Shown here in pieces: positions 37,120 to 49,827 of a stretch of DNA of 64,000 nt (position 1 is its first letter; the number at the start of each line of letters is the position of its first letter). The notes beneath the pieces were generated by a model. That model was given only the letters and a program-made list of their open reading frames with translations, searched no databases and was not told the DNA's origin. Position numbers and translations under genes: made by a program. The stretch comes from Pristiophorus japonicus (taxonomy: Eukaryota), in the NCBI RefSeq assembly GCF_044704955.1, contig NC_091983.1, positions 218,736,001 through 218,800,000 on the forward strand. Direction: 5' to 3'.

Positions 37120-37860
37120 GTGCTCAAATGTTGTATAAGTGCAGGTATTGGTCTAAAATGTTTGAGATGATTTATCAATAATAATTGTATGTCAGCATTG
37201 GTATAAAATGTTTGAGACAATTAATTAATAACCTATTGATAATTGTGTGTCAGTATTGGTCTGAGACAGTTTATTAGTATCTATTGATAATTTTATATCA
37301 ATATCAGTATAAAAGTTTATCAATAACTTGATAATTGTACAAAAGCAAAATGCTGCAGATGCTAGAAATCTGAAACAAAAACAGAAAATGCTGAAAATAC
37401 TCAGCTGATCAGGCAGCATCAGAAATGTTAACTCTGTTTCTCTCTCCACAGATGCTGCCTGACCTGAGTATTTCCAGCATTTTCTATTGATAATTGTACA
37501 TTATTATTAGTGTTAAATTGTCTGTTGATCATCTATTGAAAACTGTATATCAGTTTTTAAGTAAAATGGCCTACTGATAACCTATTGATAATTGTATCAG
37601 TATTAGTGTTAAATGATCTATTGATCATCTATTGATAGTTGTATATTATTATTAGTGTTAAATGAGTTATTGCTCATATTGAAAATTGCATATAAGTATT
37701 TGTGTAAATCATTTGAGACAGTCTGTTGACTACCTGTTGATGATTGTGTATCAATATGAAATGGTTTGTCAATAACCTATTGATAACTAGGTCATAATTA
37801 GTGTAAAAGATTTAATAATTGTCCATAATAATTGCACCTTGTTTAAATAATAATATATAA
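37120..37860. repeat. AT-rich degenerate tandem repeat (ctattgataattgta motif)
   Basis: The motif recurs at roughly 40-45 bp spacing. Confidence 0.7.
37339..37486. mobile_element. Penelope-like terminal repeat, inverted (palindromic) copy
   Basis: agaaaatgctg..tactcag..tcaggcagcatc ... gatgctgcctgacctgagtatttccagcattttct, flanked by ttgataattgtaca. Confidence 0.7.
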
Positions 37861-37879
37861 TGAAATATAAATATTCTCA

Positions 37880-40550
37880 CATACAAGGTGTTCAGAAAAG
37901 ATAGGAAAGGAGAAAAAAAGGTGGGTGGCAGTACTGATTTGGGAAGACAGTGTGGTGTTGGAAAGAGATGTCCTTGAGGGGGCAAAGATAGAATCCATTT
38001 GATTAGAGTTGAGAAGCAAAAAGGATATGATCACGCTATTGCGGGTATTCTACAGGCCTCCAAATAGAGAGAGATAGGGGAGCAAATCTACAGGGAAATC
38101 ACAGAGATATGCAAGAATTATAAAGATGTGATATTGGGGGACTTTAATTACTCAAATATCAATTGGGATAATGTTAGAGTAAAGGGAAAAGAGGGTGAGA
38201 AATTTCTGAAATGTGTTCAGGAGAACTTCCTTGACCTGTATGTTCTCGGCCCAACTAGAAAGGAGGCATTGCTGGATCTGGTGCTGGTGATTGAGATGGG
38301 CCAATGGACCAAGTGTCTGTGAGAGAACACTTGAGTAAGAGTGATCATCGTATCATAAGATTTAGATTAGTAATGGAGAAGAGCAAGGAACAATCTAAAG
38401 TGCAACTTCTAAATTGGAAGAGGACTAACTTCAATGGAATGAGAGGGGATCGAGCCAATATAAAATGGAATCAAATATTGACAGGAAAAACTGTAACGGA
38501 ACAATGGGTGATCTTTAATGAGATGTTTCAGGTACAGGCTAGGTACATTCCAACAAGAGGGAAAGGTAAAGGAACCAAAGCCAGGGCACCGTGGATAATG
38601 AGGGAGATAGGGAATATGATTAAACAAAAAAAAGAGGGTGTATGATGCATGTCAGGTGAATTCTTCGTGAGAACCAGGCCAATACGATAAGTTGACAGGG
38701 GAGGGTGAAGAGGAAAATAAGACCGGCAAAGAGAGAATATATGAGAATAGAATGGTGGTTAACATAAAAGGGAACCCAAACATTTTCTACCGACATGTAA
38801 ATAGCAAGCAGATAGTAAGAGGCGGAGTGGGGCCTCTTCGGGGCAAAGGTGGTGATATATGCTTGGAGGCGCAGGGCAAGGCTAGAATACTTAATGAGTA
38901 CTTTGTATCGGTGTTTACTAAGGAAGAGGTTGCTGACAAAATATCGGTAGAAGCGAAGATGGTAGAGGTAATGGATGGGGTGAAGACTGATAGGCAGGAT
39001 GTACTGAAAAGGCTGGCTATGCTTAGAGTGGATAAGTCGCCTGGTCCGGATGGCTTGCATCCCAGGTTGCTAAGGGAAGTGAGGGCGGAGATAGCAGAAG
39101 GATTGCCATAATCTTCCAATCTTCGCTAGATGCGGGGAAGGTGCCAGAGGATTGGAAAGTGGCAAATGTGACACCCTTGTTCAAGCAAGGGTGCAAGGAC
39201 AATCCTAGTAACTGGTAAGTTTAACATCACTGATGGATAAGGTTTTAGAAACAATAATAAGATAAAAAATTAATAGGCACTTAGAGAGGTTTAAATTAAT
39301 TAAGGTGAGCCAGCACGGATTTGTAAAAGGCAGATTGTGTTTGACTAATCTAATTGAATTTTTTGATGAAGTAACAGACAAGGTTAATGAAGGGAATGCA
39401 GTGGATGTTGTCTATATGGATTTTAAGAAAGCGTTTGACAGTGTACCACATAAAAGGCTGGTTAACAAAATTGAGGCTCATGGAACAGGAGGATCAGTGT
39501 CAACTTGGATAAGAAATTGACTTAAGAACAGAAGTCGTGGTGAATGTTTTTCAGACTGGAGGATGGTAGAAAGTGATGTTCCCAGGGGTCAGTGCTAAGA
39601 CCACTGCTTTTTTGATGTATATAAATGACTTGGATATTGGAATACAGAGTAAAATTTGCCAATGATACCAAACTTGGAAGTGTGGCAAACAGTGAGGATG
39701 ATACCAATCGACTGCAACAGGACATAGATAGGCTAACAGAATGGACAGACAAGTGGCAGATGGAATTTAATACGGAGAAGTGTGAGGTGATACATTTTGG
39801 CAGAAGGGATAGGGAGAGGAGGCACTATTGACTTAATGGCACAGTTCTAAAGAGTGTGCAAGGACAGAGGGACTTGGGGTTCATGTGCATAGATCTTTGA
39901 AGGTGGCAGGACATATTGAGAGAATAGCTAGCAAAGCATATGGGATCTTGGGCTTCATAAATAGAGGTATTGAGTACAAAAGCAGGGAAGTTTATAAAGC
40001 TCTGGTTAGGCCACAACTAGAGTATTGCGTCCAGTTCTGATCACCGCACTTTAAGAAGGATGTGAAGGTCCTTGAGAAGGTGCAGAGGAGATTTACCAGA
40101 ATGGTTTCAGGGATGAGAGATTTTAGCTACAAGGTTAGGTTGGAGAAGCTGGGCTTGTTCTCCTTGGAGCAAAGGAGGTTGAGGGGAGATTTGATAGAGG
40201 TGTAGAAGATTATGATGGGTTGGGATAAGGTAGACAGAAAGGCTGCTCCCATTAGCTGATGGTACAAGGACTAGGGAACACAGATTTTTGGGCAAGAGCT
40301 ACAGGGGGGATGTGAGGAAGCAATGTTTTAAGGAGCGAGTGGTAATGACCTGGAACTCGCTGCCTACGAGAGTGGTGGAAGCGGAGACGATCAATAATTT
40401 CAAAAGGAAATTGGATAGGCACTTGAGAGAAATAAACTTGCAGGTCTCTGGGGATAGAGCGGGGTAGTGGGACTAACTGGATTGCTCTGCAGAGAATCGG
40501 CATTGGCTCGATGGGCCGAATGGCTTTCTTCTGTGCCGTAATGACTCTAT
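37880..40550 (+). mobile_element. Long decayed CR1 LINE (endonuclease + RT)
   Basis: ORFs 38128..39831 have ILGDFN, SDH, KSPGPDG, MDFKKAFD and KFANDTK; tail atgactctat. Confidence 0.92.
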
Positions 40551-41250
40551 GGGGTTGAAATTGCCCCTCTCAGAAAGGCCCTTTAGCGCCTCCGGGAGAC
40601 ACTAACGGCCAGAGTGCTCCCCCCTCCCCCACAGGAATGGGGCTCCGCCGGCCAAAAGTTGTTTGCGCTGCTGCCTGCGATTAGCACACCGGTGTGGCAC
40701 TCGCATGGCGATGACATCGCCTTCATGCATGCCGACCCCTTATCGCCCCAAGCCGACCCCTTTGCGCCCTGTGGGGGAAATTGCCCCGTTGAACATGAGG
40801 TCGGCGCGGGGCGATGCCACCGACAGCCCCTCGGGGCGCCCTTAAAGGGGAGGTGGTAGTGCGGCAGTTAGGCATCTTTTTTCTGTCGGCCCAACAGTGG
40901 TGGCCAACATGCAGCCCGGCACCTCCTCTTGGGTGCCACCGGCTGATACCCTCCCTGATGGCCCAGTGAGCGCCACTAAAGTGACTGCACAGCTCAAGGT
41001 GGCCCTCCCCTTTAAAAGGGGAGAGATGTTGCAACGCGACACGTCTGCGTGGCGCTCATATGCTTAGCGTGATGCTCATGTGCTTAGCGTGACGCTGAGC
41101 ATCATGCCCCGCGAGCAACTGCAACCAATGTTTTTTTTAATTCAAAGAGGCCAATTGCGTGCCGGGGTCGGCGCTTCCCGCGCCAGCGTAAAATAATCAG
41201 CTAAATCAAATTGACCGCCCCAAACCCAGCAACGGGGCAATTTCAACCCC
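40551..41250. mobile_element. MITE with a perfect 17-bp TIR (Harbinger-like)
   Basis: GGGGTTGAAATTGCCCC ... GGGGCAATTTCAACCCC, inserted into the CR1 tail repeat (flanks tat / tgt). Confidence 0.85.
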
Positions 41251-41301
41251 TGTGACTCTATGACAATCTGGTGATTAGAGGTGTTAAGATGTTTAGCTGA
41301 C

Positions 41302-41399
41302 CTGGTCTTGAACACTATAGTATTCATCTACCGCATACTGGTACTTGGCTGATGTCAGTCCGAATAGGTTGGCCAGTTTCTCTCCAAGAAAGTCACAGG
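41302..41399 (-). CDS. FAM177B: FAM177B-like exon
   Basis: Acceptor ctttctcctag|CC and donor CAG|gtcagc; 98 nt, phase 1/0. Encodes (T)CDFLGEKLANLFGLTSAKYQYAVDEYYSVQDQ (FAM177 CDFLGEKxA...KYQYAxDEY motif). Confidence 0.9.
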
Positions 41400-42549
41400 C
41401 TAGGAGAAAGGAAGTGATAAAATGTCAGTGTTGTCAGTGAAAACTAAACACAGATAAGGAAGATCCCAGCTTCAATCGCTGGTCTGGGTGAGTAAGCCAG
41501 TAGTTTCCTTCTATGCTATTAAACTTCTATGGTCCTGTACATTGAGAAGCATCCAGTACAGCCGTTCGATGTCACGACTACACTGACCTAACCATCACTC
41601 AGGGTTGTGCGAAAGGTCCCAACCTCCCGGACCCCATCTTGCAGTGGCTGATGTGGGGTTTATGCATGGAACAGGCGACCATTTCTTTGGCAGCATATGT
41701 TCGGAGACTGGAGATAATCAGCTGATATAGGAGTCTGCAGAAAACCCAACCCGCAACTCCCTCAGTTAGCTGTTGCTAGCTTTGAGCGTGTAAGGCTGTT
41801 CTCTCGATATCTTCGTGTTCAGTGAAGGAACCATGCACAGAAGGAGGCCATTCCATTTTGTCTGAGCCGTCTCTTAGCCAGGGCTATCCAGAACTCATCC
41901 AGTGGCTCTGTTCTCCTGACACATGGTGTTCCCAATCACTGGGAAGCTGCTGGTCAGAGTATTATTTATTAAGAACCCGTTCTTCCCGTTATGAAATTAA
42001 GAAGAATTAAATGTAGCGCAGACTGTTTTGTGAGAGCCTGTAGTTCCCAATATCTCTGAATCTCTAAACTCTGCCCAATCTCCTCCCCATACAAACTCCA
42101 ATTTGTCCCAAACTCAACCACCTGCACTAGGTCTCATTCACCCATCACCCTATCCCCTCTGTCTCCCAAAGTATTGAATTCAAAATCCTTGCCCTTATTT
42201 ACAAATCCCAACATCTCGCTCTGCTCCACCTCTGCAACCTTCTCGAACTCAGACTCCTGTGCACCTCCCTTTTTTCACTTGAAGTATCCATTGACTTGAC
42301 TCTGGATGTTATTCCCCAAACCTCTTGGTCTTGCTACATCTATCGCCATCTTTAATAACCTGCTCAAAATGACCTTATTTCCTGAATCTTCAGCCAACTC
42401 TCCAAAACCTTGCATTGCTCAGTTGCCTCTCACCTAATGCTGCAGCGGTCAGTCCAGTTCTCTTAAATCATTCAGCACTTGGTCTGTCTCTCTCCTCCTA
42501 AATTGTCTCGCTCAGCCCATCCCCAACCCACGTACCGCTCACCCCATCC

Positions 42550-43940
42550 CATCATCATCATAGGCAGTCCCTCGAAATCGAGACAGACTTGCTTCAATTC
42601 TAAAAGTGAGTTCTTAGGTGACTGAACAGTCCAATGCAGGAATTACAGTCTCTGTCACAGGTTGGCCTGATCAAAGACACTAACGTTGGTGCGTCTGTCC
42701 TCCCAGGGGATTTTCAAGATCTTGCGGAGACATTATTGGTGGTATTTCTCCAGCGATTTGAGGTGTCTACTGTACATGGTCCATGTCTCTGAGCCATACA
42801 GGAGGGCAAGTATCACTACAGCCCTGTCGACCAAGAGCTTGGTGCCATATTTGGAGGCCTGATCTTCGAACACCCTCTCCCTCAAGCGGCCGAAGGCTGC
42901 ACTGGCGCACTGGAGGCGGTGTTGAATCTCGTCATCGATGTCTGCCCTTGCTGATAATAGGCTCCGAGGTATGGAAAGTGGTCCACGTTGTCCAGGGCCG
43001 CGCCGTGGATCTTGATGACTCGGGGGCAGTGCTGTGTGGCTGGATCAGGTTGGTGGAGGACCTTTGTCTTATGGAAGTTTAGTGTAAGGTCTATGCTTTC
43101 GTACGCCTCAGTGAAGATGTCGACTATAACTTGGAATTCAGTCTCTGAATGTGCGCAGACGCAGGCGTCGTCCGCGTACTGTAGCTCGACGACAGAGGTT
43201 GGGACGGTCTTGGATCTGGCCTGGAGACGACGAAGGTTGAACAGGTTCCCACTGGTTCTGTAGTTTAGTTCCACTCCAGCGGAAAGCTTGTTGAGTGTGA
43301 GGTAGAGCATGGCAGCAAGGAAGATCGAGAAGAGGGTTGGCGCGATGACGCAGCCCTGCTTGACCCCGGTCTGGATTGGATCTGTGGTGGATCCATTGGT
43401 CAGGATCACGGCCTGCATGTCATCATGGATCAGGCAGAGGACAACGACAAATTTTTGGAGGCAGCTGAAATGGAGGAGGACGCTCCATAGTCCCTCGCAA
43501 TTGACAGTGTCAAAGGCCTTTGAGAGGTCAAAGAAGGCCATGTATAAGGGTTGGTGCTGTTCCCTGCATTTCTCTTGCAGCTGTTGCACCATAAAGATCA
43601 TGTCCGTTGTACCCATTAGTGGATGGAATCCGCATTGTGACTCCGGGAGGAGTTCCTCAGCCACAGGGAGAAGACGGTTGAGAAGGATTCTAGCGATGAC
43701 TTTCCAGTGGCTGACAGCAGAGAGATTCCTCTGTAGTTGCCACAGTTGGATTGTGCCCGTTTTAAAAGATGGTCATGATCACTGCATCTCTGAGATCTCC
43801 GGGCATGCTCCCCTCCTTCCAGATGAGAGAGATGAGGTCATGCATTTGTGCTAATAGTGCCTCTCCGCCATATTTTAGTACCTCAGCAGGGATTCCATCT
43901 GTTCCTGATGCCTTGAGCTGGCGGATGGCCTTTTCTACCT
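42550..43940 (-). mobile_element. RTE LINE, internally deleted
   Basis: ORF 42882..43664 has PESQCGF, DLSKAFD, GVKQG and YADD. The (tga)n tail is at 42550, and a flanking duplication cagcccat..aacccacgtaccgctcacc is present. Confidence 0.92.
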
Positions 43941-44227
43941 AGTGCAGCCCATCACAACCCACGTACCGCTCCACCCATCCTCCAACGCACGTACCGCCCA
44001 TCCCCCAATCCACCCACCGCCCATCCCCCAACCCACCCATCCCCCAACCCATCCCCATGCCCCCACCGCCCATCCCCCAACTCAACCACCACCCATCCCG
44101 AATCCACCCGCCACTCCACCCATCAGTCTCGTTAAATTCTACTTTTTAACCTCTGGTTCCCATTCATTTCACACTTTGCTAAGTTAACTGTTCCCGATCT
44201 GGTCTTTAGCTGCTGTACAGTACTCAC

Positions 44228-44294
44228 TGAATAACGAAGTCCTGGCAAACTTCATCACCCAAAACCACAGGAAGTGCCTCCAGGGTAGTGTGGA
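44228..44294 (-). CDS. FAM177B: FAM177B-like exon
   Basis: Acceptor gtcttgcag|TCC and donor A|gtgagt; 67 nt, phase 0/1. Encodes STLPWRHFLWFWVMKFARTSLF (FAM177 LxWxxYLxFW region). Confidence 0.88.
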
Positions 44295-44629
44295 CTGCAA
44301 GACAATTATTTTCAGGAAAAGTTACAGATATTAAAACTTGTAACCAAAGAAAATCTTTTTTGAGTAGTTGCAGTTTTTTCCCCTAATTCCTTCTCTCTGG
44401 GAGACTCACTGGCCCTTATCTAAGTGACCAACTTTTCTACTTGAGCCTGGACAGTGAGCGATGAGCTGTCTGACCATAAGGAGCATCACAAAGCAGTCCC
44501 TGTCTTCACATGTATACACCTCCATTGACCTTTCCATCCTGGGTCCATTGATCTTTTGACAGACATTTTACTCTTTGTGTAACTATCTCCTTCATCATCC
44601 ATGAGGAAGAGAGTGGGGGGTTTGGGCAG

Positions 44630-45012
44630 CTGGTGGGTATGGGGAGGTGGTGGGGGGTATGGGGAGGTGGTGGGGGGTATGGGGAGGTGGTGGGGGGTAT
44701 GGGGAGGTGGTGGGGGGTATGGGGAGGTGGTGGGGGGTATGGGGAGGTGGTGGGGGGTATGGGGAGGTGGGGGGGGTGGGGGGGTATAAGGAGGTGATGG
44801 GGTGTATGGGGAGGTGGTGGGGGGTATGGGGAGGTGGGGGGGTATGGGGTGGTGGGGGGGGTATGGGGAGGTGGGGGGGGTATAAGGAGGTGATGGGGTG
44901 TATGGGCAGCTGGTGGGGAGGGTATGGGCAGCTGGTGGGGAGGGTATGGGCAGCTGGTGGGGGGTATAAGGAGGTGATGGGGTGTATGGGCAGCTGGTGG
45001 GGGGCATGGGGA
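44630..45012. repeat. G-rich 19-bp minisatellite (ggggtatggggaggtggtg) in a FAM177 intron
   Basis: Directly visible, with dense G-runs on the + strand. Confidence 0.95.
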
Positions 45013-45158
45013 GCTGTTATACAAAGGTCGCAAGTCTAACTGTACAGTCTAATCCTAGTTCAAAGTTGCTTAAATCAATTATTGGATAATTATTTTTTAC
45101 CACAGGAAATAATGGAATTATTAATCGACTGTATTCAGATTGCTGTTGGGGCACTTAC

Positions 45159-45320
45159 CGGATTGACTTTCTCAATCTCTTTCTGCTCCTCTTCGAGCTC
45201 CTCTTCAGTGCTGTATTCTTCCATAGTTTCTCCACTCGAAAAATGAATGAGTCTTCGGGGATCTTTCTTTCCTGCCTCAAATTCTTCAGGTTCAGCGTTT
45301 TGGGAACTCCCTCGCTCTAT
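45159..45320 (-). CDS. FAM177B: FAM177 family protein (FAM177B-like), first identifiable coding exon; 5' boundary and start uncertain
   Basis: Encodes IERGSSQNAEPEEFEAGKKDPRRLIHFSSGETMEEYSTEEELEEEQKEIEKVNP, containing the FAM177 PRRxIHFxxGExMEEYST motif. Donor CCG|gtaagt. Confidence 0.85.
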
Positions 45321-45374
45321 CTTTAACAGTAATTAGATCAGTGATTAGCTTAGTTTGCCCTGTTAGGTTACTCG

Positions 45375-46550
45375 TTGTGTAAAATGTTTTTGCCTGGACT
45401 GGAGAATTTTGAATACGAGGAAAGATTGGAGATGCTGGGTCTGTTTTCATTGAACAGAGGAGACTGAGGGGAGAACTTATTGAGGTGTATAAAATTATGA
45501 GGGGCCTGGATCATCATCCTAGGCAGTCCCTCGAAACGAGGATGACTTGCTTCCACGCCAAAAAGGGATGATTTCACATGGGTTTCAATGAAGGACCTAA
45601 TATTCCAGGTCCGGAACTACATCTTGAAGGCTGGAAGATGCCTGTGCTTAGATTTTTTTAACGTGTGGTGGCCGTTGCACACCAGCCACCACACGGGCTT
45701 GACGGAGCTAGGTCTTGGTCCAGTGGCAAGGATTGTCCAAGACGACTGGAGACCAGCTCTGCTGCACGGACCTGGTGCACACACAGTGTGGGCTGCCCCT
45801 GGGCCCTCGCCTCTTCTGGCCCGAACTCATGCCTTTCCCGGGCCCCGATCACGTCCCTCTACATTCTCTCGCCGCTCCTGCTGTATCTGCCCACGATCCA
45901 ATCACTGACCTGGATGAGGTCCCTCTTCGCTGCCTTCGCCCTCCTGCATCAGCTCGTGCTGTACACTGAAGTGGTACACTGCCACGCTGTCCAGGGGCCG
46001 CCGCTGGTTTTATGGCCCCGGCCTGCCGCTGATGGTCTCTCGCAGGTCGGGGCCGCCTACACTCCAAAAGTACTTCATGGGCTGTAAAGTGATTTGAGAC
46101 ATCCAGTGGTCGTGAAAGTCGCTATATAAATGCAAGTCTTTCTTTTTCCAGCACCCTGGAAGCTGCGCAGCACTCTGCAGTTCCTGCACAGCCAGCTCAC
46201 CGGCTTTTAGAGTGGATAGGAAGGACCTGTTTCCCTTGGCAGAGGGGTCAACAGCTCAGGGACATAGATTTAAAGTAACTGGTGGGAGGTTTGAAGGAGA
46301 TATGAGGGGAAATGTCTTCACTCACAGGGTGGTGGGGGTCTGGAACTCACTACCTGAAAGGGTGGTAGAGGCAGAAACCCTCACCATATTTAAAAGATAC
46401 TTGGATGTGCACCTGAAGTGCTGTAACCTACAGGGCTATGGACCAAGAGCTGGAAAGTGGGATTAGGCTGGATAGCTCTTGGTCGGCCGGCACGGATACA
46501 ATGGGCTGAAATGGCCTCCTTCCGTGTTGTAAATTTCTACGATTCTATGA
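45375..46550 (+). mobile_element. CR1 3' end split by an RTE-derived short element (45510-46060, -)
   Basis: CR1 pieces at 45375-45510 and 46210-46550 (ORF 46212..46466). Confidence 0.8.
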
Positions 46551-46699
46551 TTCATCTCGCCTCTGGTTCTTTGTCAATCCCCTTAAATCTGTGCCTTCTG
46601 GTTATCGACCCTTCAGCATTTGGAAACAGTGTCTCTTTATTTACTATATCTAAACTCTTCATGATTTAAAATACCTCTATCAGATCTCCTCTTAGCCTT

Positions 46700-47065
46700 A
46701 ACTTAATAAAATGTCCCAAGACGCTTATCAGCCACATAAAAAGATATTAGAACAAATGACAAGGTAGGTTTTAAGGAGCATCTTAAATGAGGATGGAGAG
46801 GTTTAGGGAGGGAATCCCAGAGTTTAGGGCCTTGGCAGCTGAAGTCACGGCCACCAATAGGGGCGAAGAAAATCAGGGGTGAACAAGAGGCCAGAATGGG
46901 AGCAGCGCAGAGATCTTGGCGGGTTGAAGGAGGTTACAGAGATAGGGAGGGGCGAGGCCAAGGAGGGATTTGAAAACAAGGGTGAGAATTTTAAAATTGA
47001 GGTGTTGCTGGATGGGGAGCCAATGTCGTTCAGTGAGCACAGGGGCGATGGGTGAACAGGACTTG
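46700..47065 (-). mobile_element. L2-like LINE 3' end (similar fragment at 42000-42420, +)
   Basis: Typical tail ggttttaaggagcatcttaaa..gggagggaatcccagag..gagaattttaaaattgagg. Confidence 0.55.
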
Positions 47066-47224
47066 GTTTTGTAACAGAATGCGATATATTGTTACAAGTT
47101 TGGTTTGACTTACTTGTTCATTTACATAAAGATCAGACTGTCTATTTGATCCAGATCAAATAGGTTTGCATCCTTGACTAAATTAGTAGCATTGTTCCTG
47201 GAAAATTGCAAATGTAACTACATT

Positions 47225-49557
47225 ATTTAAGAAAGTTGAATCAGAGAGCCCAGGAATTATAGACCTGTTGGTCTAACATCTGAGGAAGTTATTGGAATCT
47301 ATAATTAAGGACAGAGTGACTGAGAACTTAGAGAAATTTGAGCTGATTAGAGCGAGCTAACATAGATTTGTAAAGTGTAGGTCTTGTTTAACAAATCTAA
47401 TTGAACCTTTTGAGGAAGTAACTAAAGTAGTAGAAAAGAGAATGTCTATGGATGTAATTTATCTGGACTTCCAGAAGGAATTCAATAAGGTTCCACATAA
47501 GAGACTGTTAGCTAAAATTAAAGCTGATAGAATTGAAGGCAAATGATTGACCTGGTCAGGTAATTGGTTAGGTGCTAAAGGACGGAGTGTTAGGGATAAT
47601 GGATATGTACTCCAATTGGAAGGGAGTGACTAATGGTGCACTAGTGGATCTGTGCTGGAGCCTCAACTATTCACTGTATTTATTAATGACTTAGATAAGG
47701 CAATATAGAGCATAGTAGTAATGTGCATAAACTAGTAATCCAGAGTCCTGGACTAATGTTCCAGAGGCATGAGTTCAAATCCCACCACAGCAACTGGTGA
47801 ATTTAAATAGAGGTAATTAAATAAATCTGGAATAAAAAGCTGTCCCACAAATGGCCTATATGTGACTCCAGACCCACAGCAATCTGGTTGACTCTTAACT
47901 ACCCTCTGAAGTGGCCTCGCAAGCCACTCAGGTGTATAAGGTAGTAGCTCACCACCACCTTCTCAAAGGTAATTAGGGATGGACCATTACCTCGGGATGG
48001 GCAATAAATGCTGGCCTTGCGACGCCCATATCCTGTGAATGAATTTTTTAAAAAGCCGATGACGCAATGATGGTAAGCAATGTTGCCTTTAATTTTTTTT
48101 TTGGGGGGGTGGGGGGGGCAGGAGGTGCAGTCTTGTGCAGCCCATTCAAAGTACTGCACATGCGTGGTTTTTCCCGTTTAAAGGCCGGTGAGACGGCTGT
48201 GCGAGAGCTGCAGAGCGCTGCTTAAAGGGAACTTTGATGGTAAGTAGTGTGGTTGGGAGCATAAAATTACCATCATCATTATAGGCAGTCCCTCGGAATC
48301 AAGGATGACCTGCTTCCACTCTAAAAGTGAGTTCTCAGGTGACTGAGGAGTCCAATGCGGGACCTACAGTCTCTGTCACAGGTGGGGCAGACTGTGGTTG
48401 AAGGAAAAGGTGGTCAGGGAGCCTGGGGTGACACACGCTCCTTTTGCTGTCCACACTTGGTTTCTATTTGTCCTCGGCGATGGAAGTCGAGGTGCTCAGC
48501 GCCCTCCTGGATGCTCTTCCTCCACTTTGGGCAGTCGTGGGCCAGGGATTCCCAGGAGGGGCTGTTGCACTTTGTCAAGGAGGCTATGAGGGTGTACTTG
48601 AAGCATTTCCTCTGCCCACCTGGGGCTCGCCTGCCGTGTCGAAGCTCCGCGTTGAGCACTTGCTTCAGGAGTCTGATGTCGGGCGTGCGGACGATGTTGA
48701 CGATGGCTTACAAAGAGACATTGACAAATTAAGTGAGTGGGCAAAACTGTGGCAGATGGATTTCAGCGCAGGTAAGTGAGAGGTCATCCATTTTGGACCA
48801 AAAAAGGATAGATCCGAATATTATTTAAATGGTGAAAAGTTAGGAACAGTGACGGTACAATGAGATTTAGGCGTCCATGTTCACAGATCATTAAAATGAG
48901 TTGTCAGGTACAAAAATAATTTTTAAACGGCTAATGGAATGTTAGCCTTCAGAACAAGAAGGCTAGAATATAAAGGGAAGAAGTTTTGCTATAGCTATAC
49001 ACAGCCCTGGTTCGACCATATCTGGAGCACTGTGCACAGTTCTGGGCATCTTAGAAAGGATATATTGGCCTTGGAAGGAGTGCAGTGCAGATTCACCACA
49101 ATGTTATCAGGGCTCCGAGGGTTAGTTTATGAGGAGAGATTATGTAAACTAGGCTTGTAGTCCCTGGAATATAGAAGGTTCTGGGGTGATGTGATTGATG
49201 TTTTTAGGATTTTGAAAGGAATTTATAGGGTAGATATAGATTAAACTTTTTCTATTGGTGGGAGAGTCTAGGACAAGGGGCCATAACCTTGAAATCAGAG
49301 CCAGCCATTCAGGAGAGAAGTTAGGAAACACTTCTTCACACAAAGGGTGGTAGATGTATGGAACTCTCCCACAAAAAGCAGTCGATGCTAGCTCGGTTAA
49401 TCATTTCAAATCGGAGATCGATAGACTTTGGCTAGACAAGGGAATAAAAGGATACAGAGCCAAGGTGGGTAGATGGAGTTAAGACACAGATTAGTGATGA
49501 TCTAATTGAATAGGGGAACAGGCTTGAAGGAGTGAATGGCCTCCTCCTGTTCGTATG
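47225..49557 (+). mobile_element. Old CR1 LINE interrupted by a SINE (47705-48050) and an RTE 3' end (48270-48700, -)
   Basis: RT remnants at 47225-47700 and 48700-49557; RTE ORF 48414..48659; SINE B-box gagttcaaatccc. Confidence 0.8.
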
Positions 49558-49827
49558 TGTGGGGGTAGACAACACAAGTAACATAACATTCTCAAGTTCA
49601 CCTCAGAACCTTGGATGGGATTGAGGAGCGGGGGAGGGGGCAGATCCATCCAGCGTTCCCACAACCCATCACTATCCAGTGCTGGCAAGTGTGCACATGG
49701 ACATTGGGTAAAGAAAGCCTTGGTCAAATATCCTTTTAACAGTCACTATTCAGGCTCACACACAAAGAATGACCACTTGTGTGAGACACCAGAGGACAGA
49801 TGTCATCACTGAACTGTACCCCAGCAA

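Noticed and set aside
44486-45039. Pro-rich or Gly-rich extensin-like ORFs
   Set aside because: They are artefacts of the 19-bp G-rich repeat.
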